From NCBI RefSeq assembly GCF_019913785.1, contig NZ_JAIOHK010000060.1:1826-65825 (forward strand): DNA of 64,000 bases, in the 5' to 3' direction. The translations under genes were made by a program, and so were the position numbers. Source of the DNA: Altibacter sp. (GTDB lineage: Bacteria > Bacteroidota > Bacteroidia > Flavobacteriales > Flavobacteriaceae). The notes beneath the pieces are model-generated. The model saw nothing but the letters and a program-made list of their open reading frames with translations. It was not told the origin of the DNA and did not search any database. Shown piece by piece: positions 27,211-36,915 of the stretch. Positions within the stretch are counted from its first letter, which is position 1, and the number at the start of each line of letters is the position of its first letter.

Positions 27211-27654
27211 ATGGAAGTTAATAAATCAAATATTAAATACATTGAGTGGCGAAGTACAGAAGACCTTCATGAGGATATCCGAAATAGTATTTCCGAGTTG
27301 CGGTTTATAAAGGATGAGCAATTGTTTTTAGAAGATTTAATTAAAGGTCATACCATCCAACTCATATCCGGAAATACATACGAAGAGAGCAAAGAAGTGA
27401 TTTCAATGCTATCAAAACACAGTAAAAAGCTTCCGCAATTGCTAACTCAATTGATGACACACAGCAATAACCTTCAAATTCTTTTAGATGAACAAGAAGT
27501 GCCGGGTGAGATGCAAGATTATAAAGAAGTGCATTATAAGTTAATGTTCGATGTGATTGCGTATCACTCAAAATTCAAAAAAATAAAACGAAAAATATTC
27601 CTGCTTATTAAGCAATTAATGAAACAAGACCGACAAAAACGATTGTTGAAATAA
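27211..27654 (+). CDS. hypothetical helical protein
   Basis: 147-aa ORF with good coding look. No family recognised. Confidence 0.4.
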   Translation: MEVNKSNIKYIEWRSTEDLHEDIRNSISELRFIKDEQLFLEDLIKGHTIQLISGNTYEESKEVISMLSKHSKKLPQLLTQLMTHSNNLQILLDEQEVPGEMQDYKEVHYKLMFDVIAYHSKFKKIKRKIFLLIKQLMKQDRQKRLLK

Positions 27655-27689
27655 CAGGCTGATCTATGATTCCTAAACTTACATGTGTT

Positions 27690-28325
27690 ATGAAACTTTC
27701 TGTGCTTTTTTTAATTCTAGTCACGCTTAGCGGTTGTTCTTCAAGTAAAGTGATTGAACAATGGAAAAATGAGGAGACACCAACTTTTCAAGCCAATAAA
27801 GTATTGGTTATTGGTATCTCAGCGAATGCCGAATCACGAAGATTATTCGAACAGAAATTGGTTTCTGAATTAGCGAAGGAAGATGTCGTCGCTGTTAAAA
27901 GTATCGACTTCTTTGACGATTCGTTCACCAATGCCGAAAAAACAGAAAAAGAACTTAATAAAATTGAAAGTCAGTTGCTGGCAGCGGGTTTTGATGCGGT
28001 CTTATTTTCGAAGATCACGGGCTCTGCAAGTAAAGTCAACTTAGTCAACTCTTTCAATAATATCAATAGTAGCCTCAATAATTTCCGTGACTATTTTTAC
28101 GAGAATCAACATGTCTATTTTAGAGAGCACAACCAGGAGTACTACGACATTTATCATACGGAGACTTTATTATACTGTATCTGTCCGGATAAGGCACGAG
28201 AATTATTATGGAAAGGATCTATCGATATAATCGATCCTCAAAAACCCAAAAAGGCCGTGAGTGACTATGTAAAGACCTTATTGAGTCAATTGAAGGCACA
28301 ACAACTCTTGGTCGTGGAATTGTGA
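27690..28325 (+). CDS. lipoprotein, unknown function
   Basis: MKLSVLFLILVTLSGCSSS lipobox. ATG 27666 is an alternative start. Confidence 0.45.
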   Translation: MKLSVLFLILVTLSGCSSSKVIEQWKNEETPTFQANKVLVIGISANAESRRLFEQKLVSELAKEDVVAVKSIDFFDDSFTNAEKTEKELNKIESQLLAAGFDAVLFSKITGSASKVNLVNSFNNINSSLNNFRDYFYENQHVYFREHNQEYYDIYHTETLLYCICPDKARELLWKGSIDIIDPQKPKKAVSDYVKTLLSQLKAQQLLVVEL

Positions 28326-29320
28326 AAAAAAAGGTGTTAATATATAGTGCTAAGAATTTTGAAATTCCCTTTTTGAAAGCGGCAAATCGTCAAAATCATC
28401 AGGTGGTATTTACTTCAGAACGGCTGACTTCTAAAACGGCTCAAATAGCTATTGGATTTGAAATTGTATCTATTTTTTCTGCCGATGATGCCTCTCCTTT
28501 GGTCTTGGAAAAGCTGAAGGACTTTGGCGTGAGATATATTACGCTTAGATCTGCTGGACACGACAATATCAACATAAAGGTCGCGAAAAAATTAAAGTTA
28601 AAAGTCGCCAATGCACCCGGATATTCCCCAAATGCCATTTCCGAACACGCCATTGCCCTCCTATTGGCACTTAATAGAAAAATCTGTACCGCAGTTGGTC
28701 AAGTTAAAAGGCGAAACTTCACTTTAGATGCCTTGGTGGGCTTCGACGTGCAGGGGAAAACAGCAGGGGTTATAGGCACAGGTAAAATTGGCAGCGTTTT
28801 GGTGAAGCTATTATCAGGTTTTGAATGTGATATCCTCGCAAACGATTTGGTTAAAAGTACGGCCCTTGAAGCAGCATATAAGGTTCGCTACAAATCATTG
28901 GAAACCCTTTGCAAGGAGGCGGACCTTATTTTTTTATGCCTTCCCTTAACATCAGAAACACATTATTTGATTGACAAAAAACTACTTGCCTTTATGAAGC
29001 CGGAAGTTGTGTTAATAAATGTTGCCAGAGGAGCTATTGTAAACACCAGAGAGGTACTTCAAGCATTGGATTTAGGAAAAATTGGAGGCTATGCAACCGA
29101 TGTATATGAAAAAGAAAGCGGGATATTTTTTTATGACCATTCTGATGCTGAAATTAAGGATACTTTATTATTAGAGTTATTACAACATCCTAAAACAATT
29201 GTAACTCCACATCAAGCGTTCGTCACAAAGGAGGCACTTACAAATATTGCTAAAACTACCTTTTATAATATAGACGCTTGGAATAAGCAAAAAACACCTG
29301 TTACATCTTTAACAGAATAA
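28322..29320 (+). CDS. ldhA: D-lactate dehydrogenase / D-isomer-specific 2-hydroxyacid dehydrogenase
   Basis: NAD-binding motif GVIGTGKIGSV, and ARG..V and TPHQAF catalytic-region motifs. GTG start overlaps the upstream gene by 4 nt. Confidence 0.75.
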   Translation: MKKKVLIYSAKNFEIPFLKAANRQNHQVVFTSERLTSKTAQIAIGFEIVSIFSADDASPLVLEKLKDFGVRYITLRSAGHDNINIKVAKKLKLKVANAPGYSPNAISEHAIALLLALNRKICTAVGQVKRRNFTLDALVGFDVQGKTAGVIGTGKIGSVLVKLLSGFECDILANDLVKSTALEAAYKVRYKSLETLCKEADLIFLCLPLTSETHYLIDKKLLAFMKPEVVLINVARGAIVNTREVLQALDLGKIGGYATDVYEKESGIFFYDHSDAEIKDTLLLELLQHPKTIVTPHQAFVTKEALTNIAKTTFYNIDAWNKQKTPVTSLTE

Positions 29321-29330
29321 AAAATGTTTT

Positions 29331-30164
29331 CTACAGGCGCAGAATAAGTAGAGGTACACGGCTGTTATAACTTATTGCTGAAGTTTCAGAACCAAAAACA
29401 AAGCGATCCAAAAAGGATTTTTGCTCTACAATCAAAGCATGCAAGTCGACAGGGAATAATTGCTCGAATGCATCAATTGCAATAGGTATGGGGATGCCGG
29501 AAAGTAAGTAATAGTCATACGATAAATTACCCAATAAATCTTTTAACGAAGCTTCGGTTTCGGCAGATGTTACGTGGATGTTTTCTTCTTTAACATCAAG
29601 TACTTTTAACGTGGCCTTATATAATTTCAAAATCTCAATTAGCGGAGCTATCGAAGTAGTTGGGACGCCTTGATAGTTTATCGAAAACAAAACATTTTTT
29701 ATGTCCTTAAAGGTATAGGCTTCAGGCACTGCAATAAGCGGACAATTCACCTGGCGAATAACATTAAGCGTATTGCTGCCAAATAAAACCTCTTTTGCCC
29801 CTGTGGCTCCATTGGTTCCCATAATGATAAGGTCAATATTCTTTGTGACCACAGCCTGCTGCATTGCATCGGTAAAAACATCAAAATCTACTAGGCCATG
29901 AAAGGTATATTTTTCACCAACACATTCCTTTTTTAATTTTTCGATGAATTTATTGAGGCTTTTTTTATTGTCATCCAAAATGGCGCGATAAACGGTACTT
30001 CCAGAAGATCTTGACATAAGGTCCGCTGTAGTGTAATTTGAAGTTTTTTGAACATTAAGGACAAAGAAATCCACTTCAGAATTTTTAAAAAAGGCCATTG
30101 CATATCGAATAGCATTTAGAGAATTCTCAGAAAAATCTGTGGGTAGTAAAATGCGCTTCATCAT
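29331..30164 (-). CDS. universal stress protein, tandem Usp domains
   Basis: MMKRILLPTDFSENSLNAIRYA.. and IMGTNGATGAKEVLFGSNT. Box 30212..30223 lies upstream. Confidence 0.85.
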   Translation of the reverse strand: MMKRILLPTDFSENSLNAIRYAMAFFKNSEVDFFVLNVQKTSNYTTADLMSRSSGSTVYRAILDDNKKSLNKFIEKLKKECVGEKYTFHGLVDFDVFTDAMQQAVVTKNIDLIIMGTNGATGAKEVLFGSNTLNVIRQVNCPLIAVPEAYTFKDIKNVLFSINYQGVPTTSIAPLIEILKLYKATLKVLDVKEENIHVTSAETEASLKDLLGNLSYDYYLLSGIPIPIAIDAFEQLFPVDLHALIVEQKSFLDRFVFGSETSAISYNSRVPLLILRL

Positions 30165-30211
30165 TTGTGAAATTAGCTAATAAATGTAATAAAACATTTG
30201 TGTATACACCA

Positions 30212-30223
30212 TGATTTATATCA
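30212..30223. promoter_or_regulatory. FNR/FixK-like box TGATTTATATCA
   Basis: Centre is 53.5 nt upstream of the minus-strand usp start (30164). Confidence 0.6.
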
Positions 30224-30267
30224 TGAAGCAGAGGGTTTCAAAATAAAATACCAAACCATCTTAATTA

Positions 30268-30279
30268 TGACAATTGTCA
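30268..30279. promoter_or_regulatory. FNR/FixK-like box TGACAATTGTCA
   Basis: Centre is 64.5 nt upstream of the cyt c gene that heads the nos cluster. Confidence 0.6.
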
Positions 30280-30337
30280 TATTTTAAGAGAACCTCTGCT
30301 AGTACTTTTGACCCAGAAATATTAATCAACAAATACT

Positions 30338-30841
30338 ATGAAATACCTATTGAAATCGATCGCTTTACTTTTTGTAATCACTCTAGTAAGTTGTGGTGGT
30401 GGTGACGAAAAAAAGGAAAAAGAACAAGTTAAAATTGGCAGTTACAAAAAAGAAGAAACCAAAAAAACTTCTGAAACCACAACATCGGCAGAGGCTACAA
30501 TAGACTTGACCAACAAAGGGGTGGGACCTATTAAAAATTTGGAGCTTCCTGAAACTATTGACCAAGCAATGGCAGCAACAGGTGCCGAATTATTCAAAAC
30601 CAAATGTACCGCTTGTCATAAAACAGACAAGAAGTTCATTGGACCGGCTCCAACGGGTGTTACAAAAAGACGTTCGCCAGAGTGGATTATGAATATGATT
30701 TTAGATCCTGAGGGAATGACGCAGAACGATCCCATTGCAAAGGCCTTATTGATCGAATATAACGGATCGCCTATGGCAAATCAAAGTTTAACAGAAGTAG
30801 AAGCACGTAGCATCTTAGAATATTTTAGAACCTTAAATTAA
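30338..30841 (+). CDS. lipoprotein monohaem c-type cytochrome (probable electron donor of NosZ)
   Basis: Lipobox LVSC, a Lys/Glu/Thr-rich linker, and one CTACH haem motif with a downstream Met. Confidence 0.75.
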   Translation: MKYLLKSIALLFVITLVSCGGGDEKKEKEQVKIGSYKKEETKKTSETTTSAEATIDLTNKGVGPIKNLELPETIDQAMAATGAELFKTKCTACHKTDKKFIGPAPTGVTKRRSPEWIMNMILDPEGMTQNDPIAKALLIEYNGSPMANQSLTEVEARSILEYFRTLN

Positions 30842-30935
30842 AGAATTCTATACACTTAAATATTCACTTTTAAACCTAGTCGAACCAACTTCTATTTTAC
30901 AATAGTTGTTGGTTTGACACCAAAAAACACAACAT

Positions 30936-31508
30936 ATGAAGACCATATTTAAAATACTGTTTGTATCAGTTTTTATACTTCTTTCAAGTTGTAAAACTGA
31001 AACCAAAAATGAAACTACTTCAACGGAAGATCCAGCAGTTGAAGAAACCACGGATACCGAAAAGCAAGGACAGGCCTTTCTCAAAGACGACGAGTCCAGA
31101 CCTACTGTTTTACACATTGCCATTGGATCGCCAGATCATTCCACTTTAGTGGCGGCAGTTCAGGCTGCTGAACTTGAAAATGTACTGGTGAATACGGGAC
31201 CGCTCATGGTATTTGCTCCTACCAATGATGCATTTGCTGCATTGCCGGAAGGAACCGTGGAGGATCTCCTCAAACCGGAGAACAAAGAAAAACTAGCTTA
31301 TATATTAAAGCATCATGTAACTCCCGGAAATTATACCAAGGACTTTCTTAAGAAGTTTAAATCGTTGGGACAGGCCAGCAATGAGAATATCACAGTTGAA
31401 GTAAAAGGTGATGATGTATATGTAGGAGGTGCTAAGATTATTGCTAGCGTTCCGGCAGGGAATGGGATAGTGCACGTAGTGGACAAAGTGATTTTACCAG
31501 AAAATTAA
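30936..31508 (+). CDS. fasciclin (FAS1) domain lipoprotein
   Basis: Lipobox LSSC. The FAS1 motifs TVFAPTNDAF-like (MVFAPTNDAFAAL) and VHVVDKVILP are present. Confidence 0.75.
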   Translation: MKTIFKILFVSVFILLSSCKTETKNETTSTEDPAVEETTDTEKQGQAFLKDDESRPTVLHIAIGSPDHSTLVAAVQAAELENVLVNTGPLMVFAPTNDAFAALPEGTVEDLLKPENKEKLAYILKHHVTPGNYTKDFLKKFKSLGQASNENITVEVKGDDVYVGGAKIIASVPAGNGIVHVVDKVILPEN

Positions 31509-31536
31509 ACTAAAAAACAATTTAATTCAGATAATT

Positions 31537-33498
31537 ATGAAAAAACAATTAAATATTATGTTATCTCTCATCTTCCTTGTGGGATTAGTGAGTTGTAACA
31601 ACAGTGATGCTTCTAAAAAAAATAAAGGGGCACTAGGTACCAATGCTGCTGAAAAAGTATATGTAGCACCTGGAGAATATGATGAGTACTACGCCTTTAT
31701 TTCAGGAGGATTTAGTGGACAATTATCTGTTTATGGATTGCCTTCAGGGCGTTTGTTTAAGGTGATTCCCGTTTTCTCTCAAGATGCTGAAAAGGCCTGG
31801 GGATATAACGAAGAAACCAAACCCATGTTGAATACGTCTCACGGTTTTGTGCCTTGGGATGATTCTCACCACCCTGATATTTCACAAACCAATGGAGTTG
31901 TAGACGGTCGTTGGGTGTTTATCAATGGAAACAATACACCTCGTATTGCTAAAATTGATCTAACCACCTTCGAAACCACAGAGATTATTGAAGTTCCCAA
32001 TAGTGCTGGGAACCACAGTTCTTCATTCGTTACCGAAAACACAGAGTATGTAGTGGCGGGAACACGTTTTTCGATACCGGTGCCTCAACGAGATATGCCT
32101 ATAAACGAGTATAAAGGAAATTTCAAGGGAGCATTGTCCTTTATTAGTGTTGATCCGGAAGATGGAGGAATGGATATAAAATTTCAATTATTAATGCCTG
32201 GATTCGATTATGATCTTTCACATCCCGGTCGAGGAAAATCACACGGTTGGTTCTTCTTTACTACTTATAATACGGAAGAAGCGAATACGCTGTTAGAAGT
32301 AAATGCATCTCAAAACGATAAGGACTTTATCGCTGCAGTGAATTGGAAAATAATTGAAGAGTATGTGAACAATGGCGGCGGAACAAAAATGCCGGCCAAT
32401 TATGCTCATAATGTCTATGATGAAGAAACACATACTGCTACTTCAACCATGAAAAAGGAAGTATTGGTTGTAGATCCTTTAAAGGTGCCTGGAGCGGTTT
32501 ACTTCTTGCCTACTCCAAAATCTCCTCATGGTTGTGATGTAGATCCATCTGGTGAGTATATCGTAGGAAACGGAAAACTTTCAGCAAATTTAACGATTCA
32601 CTCGTTCACCAAAATGTTGGATGCTATCGAAAACAAGAAATTTGACGGAGAAGCCTATGGAATTCCAATTTTGAAATTCGAGGATGTATTGGCAGGTGTT
32701 GTAGAACAACCCGGATTAGGACCATTACACACCGAATTTGACGGTAAAGGAAATGCATATACTACCTTCTTTATTTCTTCTGAAGTAGTGAAATGGAAAT
32801 TAGGAACCTGGGAAGTGGTTGACAGACAGCCTTGTTATTATTCTGTGGGTCACTTAATGATACCCGGAGGAAACTCACGTGAGCCTTTTGGCGATTATGT
32901 ATTGGCAATGAACAAGATTACCAAAGACCGCTATTTACCAACAGGTCCGGAAGTCACTCAATCTGCTCAGTTATATGATATTAGGGGTGATAAAATGGAA
33001 TTATTATTGGATTTCCCAACTATTGGAGAACCTCATTATGCAGCCGGAATAAAAGCCGACATTATAATGAAGAACTCTAAAAAGATTTATAAACTGGAAG
33101 AGAACAAGCATAAATATGCAATTACTACCGAAGCCGGTGCGAAAGTAGTTAGAAACGGAAACGAAGTACATATTTATATGTCAATGATTAGAAGTCACTT
33201 TAACCCGGACAATATTGAAGGCGTGAAAGTGGGAGATAAGGTATATTTCCACGTAACGAATCTAGAACAAGATTACGATGTACCACACGGGATAAGTATT
33301 ATTGGTGCAAATACATCCGAATTGTTAATCATGCCGGGACAAACCGAAACTTTTGTTTGGGAACCTAAACAAGTGGGCGTATGGCCATTCTATTGCACCG
33401 ATTTCTGTTCGGCCTTACACCAAGAAATGCAAGGGTATGTAAGAGTATCCCCTGCCTCCTCTAGTATCGAGCTTAGCTGGTCTTTAGGAGAAGATTAA
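31537..33498 (+). CDS. nosZ: nitrous-oxide reductase, Sec-dependent (clade II type)
   Basis: 653 aa. Lipoprotein/Sec signal (LVGLVSCNN) with no twin-arginine motif. Beta-propeller His motifs and the C-terminal CuA site CTDFCSALHQEM. Confidence 0.9.
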   Translation: MKKQLNIMLSLIFLVGLVSCNNSDASKKNKGALGTNAAEKVYVAPGEYDEYYAFISGGFSGQLSVYGLPSGRLFKVIPVFSQDAEKAWGYNEETKPMLNTSHGFVPWDDSHHPDISQTNGVVDGRWVFINGNNTPRIAKIDLTTFETTEIIEVPNSAGNHSSSFVTENTEYVVAGTRFSIPVPQRDMPINEYKGNFKGALSFISVDPEDGGMDIKFQLLMPGFDYDLSHPGRGKSHGWFFFTTYNTEEANTLLEVNASQNDKDFIAAVNWKIIEEYVNNGGGTKMPANYAHNVYDEETHTATSTMKKEVLVVDPLKVPGAVYFLPTPKSPHGCDVDPSGEYIVGNGKLSANLTIHSFTKMLDAIENKKFDGEAYGIPILKFEDVLAGVVEQPGLGPLHTEFDGKGNAYTTFFISSEVVKWKLGTWEVVDRQPCYYSVGHLMIPGGNSREPFGDYVLAMNKITKDRYLPTGPEVTQSAQLYDIRGDKMELLLDFPTIGEPHYAAGIKADIIMKNSKKIYKLEENKHKYAITTEAGAKVVRNGNEVHIYMSMIRSHFNPDNIEGVKVGDKVYFHVTNLEQDYDVPHGISIIGANTSELLIMPGQTETFVWEPKQVGVWPFYCTDFCSALHQEMQGYVRVSPASSSIELSWSLGED

Positions 33499-33554
33499 TA
33501 GTTGTTAATACCGGAAATACAAAATAGCGTAGTGATTAGTAGTATTTCCACAAG

Positions 33555-33586
33555 AGACGGGAGTTTTCGACTGCTCCCGTCTTTTA
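33555..33586 (+). terminator. rho-independent terminator/attenuator after nosZ
   Basis: AGACGGGAG-(10 nt)-CTCCCGTCT is a perfect 9-bp GC-rich stem, followed by TTTTATT. Confidence 0.65.
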
Positions 33587-33602
33587 TTAAACCCAAATTG
33601 CA

Positions 33603-34196
33603 ATGAAGAATTCACGAATTATAATGACCCTTGGAGCGCTCTTAATTTTAGGATTATTTGTGTTTCCGCTTTGGAATATAACACTCGAAGCACCTCAATA
33701 TCCTATTCCCCTTGGAATGGATATTTATATCTACGATTTTGCAGATAAAAATCCACATGATATCAAAAATATTAATTTGATGAATCACTATGTCGGGATG
33801 AAATATATTCCGGAAAACATCCCTGAGTTTAAAATATTTCCTGCTGTTATCTTAGTGATGTCACTCTTAGGAATCATTTTAGGGCTTAAGGCAAATTATA
33901 AATGGTTTCTTGGTTGGTTTTTATTGATGGCCCTACTGGCTGCTGCCGGAATTTACGATTTCTATTTATGGGGGCACGACTATGGACATAATCTGGATCC
34001 AAAAGCTATCATGAAATTTACAAATCCGGATGGCTCGGTCATGGGCTTTCAGCCACCTTTATTTGGATCGAAAGATATTTTGAATTTTAGAGCACACTCA
34101 TATCCACAATTAGGAGCTTATTTCCTAGCTTTTGGAATGGTACTATCCGCGGTTGCCTTCTTTGTAGGGAGAAGAGCTTCAAAATCGAAAACATAA
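33603..34196 (+). CDS. membrane protein of clade II nos clusters (NosB-like)
   Basis: 197 aa with about 4 TM helices, immediately downstream of nosZ. This position matches the nosB gene reported for atypical nos clusters. Confidence 0.5.
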   Translation: MKNSRIIMTLGALLILGLFVFPLWNITLEAPQYPIPLGMDIYIYDFADKNPHDIKNINLMNHYVGMKYIPENIPEFKIFPAVILVMSLLGIILGLKANYKWFLGWFLLMALLAAAGIYDFYLWGHDYGHNLDPKAIMKFTNPDGSVMGFQPPLFGSKDILNFRAHSYPQLGAYFLAFGMVLSAVAFFVGRRASKSKT

Positions 34197-34207
34197 GTTC
34201 ATAAACC

Positions 34208-34639
34208 ATGAAAAATCTTATCACACTTGTCGCGTTGTTGGTTATCGTTGCATCCTGTAATGTCAAACCAAAGGAAATTAATTATGGAGAAGATGCTTGT
34301 CATTATTGCAGCATGACTATTGTCGACAGACAACATGCCTCTCAATTAGTTACCGATAAAGGGAAGGTATATAATTTTGACGCCATAGAATGTATGGTTA
34401 ATCACCTTTCGGAAGACACTACACCCATAGCACTTTATTTGGTTACCGATTACACACATCCCGAGGAGTTGATAGATGCTAAAAAGGCCACGTTCATTAT
34501 CTCACCAAATATTCCCAGCCCTATGAAAGCCAACCTTTCAGCCTTAGAGTCGAAAGCGAAAGCGGAAGAATTAAAAGCTTCAAAAGGAGGCGAATTGTAT
34601 AGCTGGGAAGCTTTGCTGGACCATTTGAATGAGGAATAG
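34208..34639 (+). CDS. nosL: NosL copper-chaperone lipoprotein
   Basis: Lipobox VASC. The CHYCSM metal motif and the following YNFDAIECM are typical of NosL. Confidence 0.75.
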   Translation: MKNLITLVALLVIVASCNVKPKEINYGEDACHYCSMTIVDRQHASQLVTDKGKVYNFDAIECMVNHLSEDTTPIALYLVTDYTHPEELIDAKKATFIISPNIPSPMKANLSALESKAKAEELKASKGGELYSWEALLDHLNEE

Positions 34640-34641
34640 CT

Positions 34642-34935
34642 ATGTATGAAAATGCGAAGACGATTCCAGATTCGGTTATGCAGCGATTAAAATCTCAGGA
34701 ATTCGCTTCAAAGGTTGGATGTGAAACACCTTTAATCTCCTTGCAAAAAGGGTTTGGGTTTTCGGAGTATTCGTCACCAAGAGATGCGTTACCTATTATG
34801 TTGGAAGGGGATATTAATTTCAGTATAAATCATACTGCTTATCAAGTACACACCTACCAACCATTTTAATTTCTGGCAGAGGAAAAGCACAAGGTCTTTG
34901 CCAACAAAAATTCCAAGTTTTTAATTATAAGATAG
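34642..34935 (+). pseudogene. cupin-like small ORF interrupted by an in-frame TAA (34867..34869)
   Basis: The 75-aa ORF ends ..MLEGDINFSINHTAYQVHTYQPF*. The same frame continues FLAEEKHKVFANKNSKFLIIR*, and together these read like the two beta-strand motifs of a ~97-aa cupin. Confidence 0.35.
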
Positions 34936-34970
34936 TTTTATCTTTATAGCCAAATTGCAATTCAGTGATA

Positions 34971-36212
34971 ATGATTAGCCGTTTACTTCTTTTTGTTTTC
35001 TTATGCCTGATTTCATTTTCAGTATATGGGAATACGCTTATCGTGTGCAACACTTGTTCGTACAAGACGATCAACGAAGCGTTGCAGCAGTCCAAAGCCT
35101 ATGACACCATCCTGATAAAAAAAGGAACTTATAAGGAGTACAACCTAATTGTGGACAAACCACTGACTATTCTTGGTGAAGATTTTCCTGTAATCGATGG
35201 TCAATCGAAAGGTGAAATTATCAAGATCATTTCAGACTATGTTACCTTGGATGGCTTATTTATTATTAATGTTGGAACAAGTTACACCGAAGACTACGCA
35301 GCAGTTCGCGTAGTTAAAAGCAAGTATTTTACCATTCAGAATTTGGTATTGGAAAAGTTGTTCTTCGGAATTTACCTCGAAAAAGCGAGCGATGGAAAAG
35401 TATATCACAATAAGATCGTGGGCGATGCCGAAGAAGAATACAATTCGGGCAATGGAATTCAACTTTGGCACTGCAGGAACATCGAAATCGATCAAAATAT
35501 AGTGACCCATGTTCGTGACGGAATCTATCTGGAATTCTCAGATTTCTGTACTATTACCAATAATATTAGTTCTCACAATATCCGGTACGGTCTTCATTTT
35601 ATGTTTTCGAACGATGACCTATACGAAAACAACACCTTTCAGAATAATGGTGCCGGCGTTGCTGTCATGTTTTCAAAAAAGATTGAAATGTACAATAATA
35701 CGTTTCGCGACAATTGGGGATCTGCCTCTTTTGGTATTTTACTGAAAGAAATCAACGATTCGAAAATAATAGGGAACTTGTTTGAAAGTAATACCATAGG
35801 AATCAACATTGAAGGCTCTAACAGGGTCGATTACAAGAACAACGATTTTATTAATAACGGATGGGCTATCAAGTCGAGAGGAGCGTGTTATGCCAATATT
35901 TTTACCAATAATAATTTTATGCATAACTCTTTCGATTTATCGTATAACAGCAAGCTTAATGATAATAAATTTGAGCATAATTATTGGAGCAACTATACGG
36001 GGTACGATTTAAATAAGGATGGGATAGGCGATGTCCCGTACCGACCTGTAAAATTGTTTTCCTATGTAGTGAATAGGACGCCCGAAGCTATTATTTTGCT
36101 CCGTAGTTTGTTTATAGATATTATCGATTTTTCAGAAAAAGTATCCCCGGTATTTACACCGGATAACCTCTTGGACAATGCGCCAAAAATGAAAAGAATT
36201 TCTCATGATTAG
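34971..36212 (+). CDS. nosD: NosD, periplasmic right-handed beta-helix (copper-binding) accessory protein
   Basis: Signal peptide and repeated NxxxxN/G parallel beta-helix repeats. Position upstream of nosF-nosY. GTG 34965 is an alternative start. Confidence 0.8.
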   Translation: MISRLLLFVFLCLISFSVYGNTLIVCNTCSYKTINEALQQSKAYDTILIKKGTYKEYNLIVDKPLTILGEDFPVIDGQSKGEIIKIISDYVTLDGLFIINVGTSYTEDYAAVRVVKSKYFTIQNLVLEKLFFGIYLEKASDGKVYHNKIVGDAEEEYNSGNGIQLWHCRNIEIDQNIVTHVRDGIYLEFSDFCTITNNISSHNIRYGLHFMFSNDDLYENNTFQNNGAGVAVMFSKKIEMYNNTFRDNWGSASFGILLKEINDSKIIGNLFESNTIGINIEGSNRVDYKNNDFINNGWAIKSRGACYANIFTNNNFMHNSFDLSYNSKLNDNKFEHNYWSNYTGYDLNKDGIGDVPYRPVKLFSYVVNRTPEAIILLRSLFIDIIDFSEKVSPVFTPDNLLDNAPKMKRISHD

Positions 36213-36915
36213 TGTACAAAATCTACATAAAAAATTTGGAAAGAACCTGGTGCTTCAAGGTGTTGATCTGGAAATTGAAGAAGGTGGCATCTTTGCCATT
36301 TTAGGACCCAATGGCTCTGGAAAAACTACCCTGATCAAATGTATATTAGGAATGGTAATTCCGAACAAAGGAACTATCGAAATTGAAGGGAAACGAATTA
36401 AACGAGATTGGAAATACCGACATAAGATCGACTACCTGCCCCAAATTGCAAACTTTCCCTCAAATCTTACCGTCGAAGAATTAATTAGAATGATCAAAGA
36501 CCTTCGCGGTAAACAAACTGTGGATGATCAACGTCTTATCAAACTCTTCAAATTGGAACCCTTCCTAAAGAAGAAGCTTGGAAATCTTTCCGGCGGGACC
36601 AAACAAAAGGTAAATATCGTGCTCGCCTTTATGTTTGATAGTCCGCTTATCATTTTAGACGAGCCCACCTCCGGGTTGGATCCTATCTCTTTAATTAGAC
36701 TAAAAAATCTTATTACCGAAGAAAAAGCAAAGGGTAAAACCATTCTAATTACATCCCATATTATGAGTTTTGTTGAACAGGTGACTAACGAAATTGTTTT
36801 TATACTTGAAGGAAAAATTTATTTTAAAGGAAGTATTTCTGAGTTGAAATCGAAAACAGCCCAACCCGATTTCGAACATGCCATTGCCTCTATTTTACAA
36901 CAAAGTTATGATTAA
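36205..36915 (+). CDS. nosF: NosF ABC transporter ATP-binding protein
   Basis: Walker A GPNGSGKTT, signature LSGGTKQKV, Walker B LIILDEP. Overlaps nosD by 8 nt. Confidence 0.8.
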   Translation: MISVQNLHKKFGKNLVLQGVDLEIEEGGIFAILGPNGSGKTTLIKCILGMVIPNKGTIEIEGKRIKRDWKYRHKIDYLPQIANFPSNLTVEELIRMIKDLRGKQTVDDQRLIKLFKLEPFLKKKLGNLSGGTKQKVNIVLAFMFDSPLIILDEPTSGLDPISLIRLKNLITEEKAKGKTILITSHIMSFVEQVTNEIVFILEGKIYFKGSISELKSKTAQPDFEHAIASILQQSYD

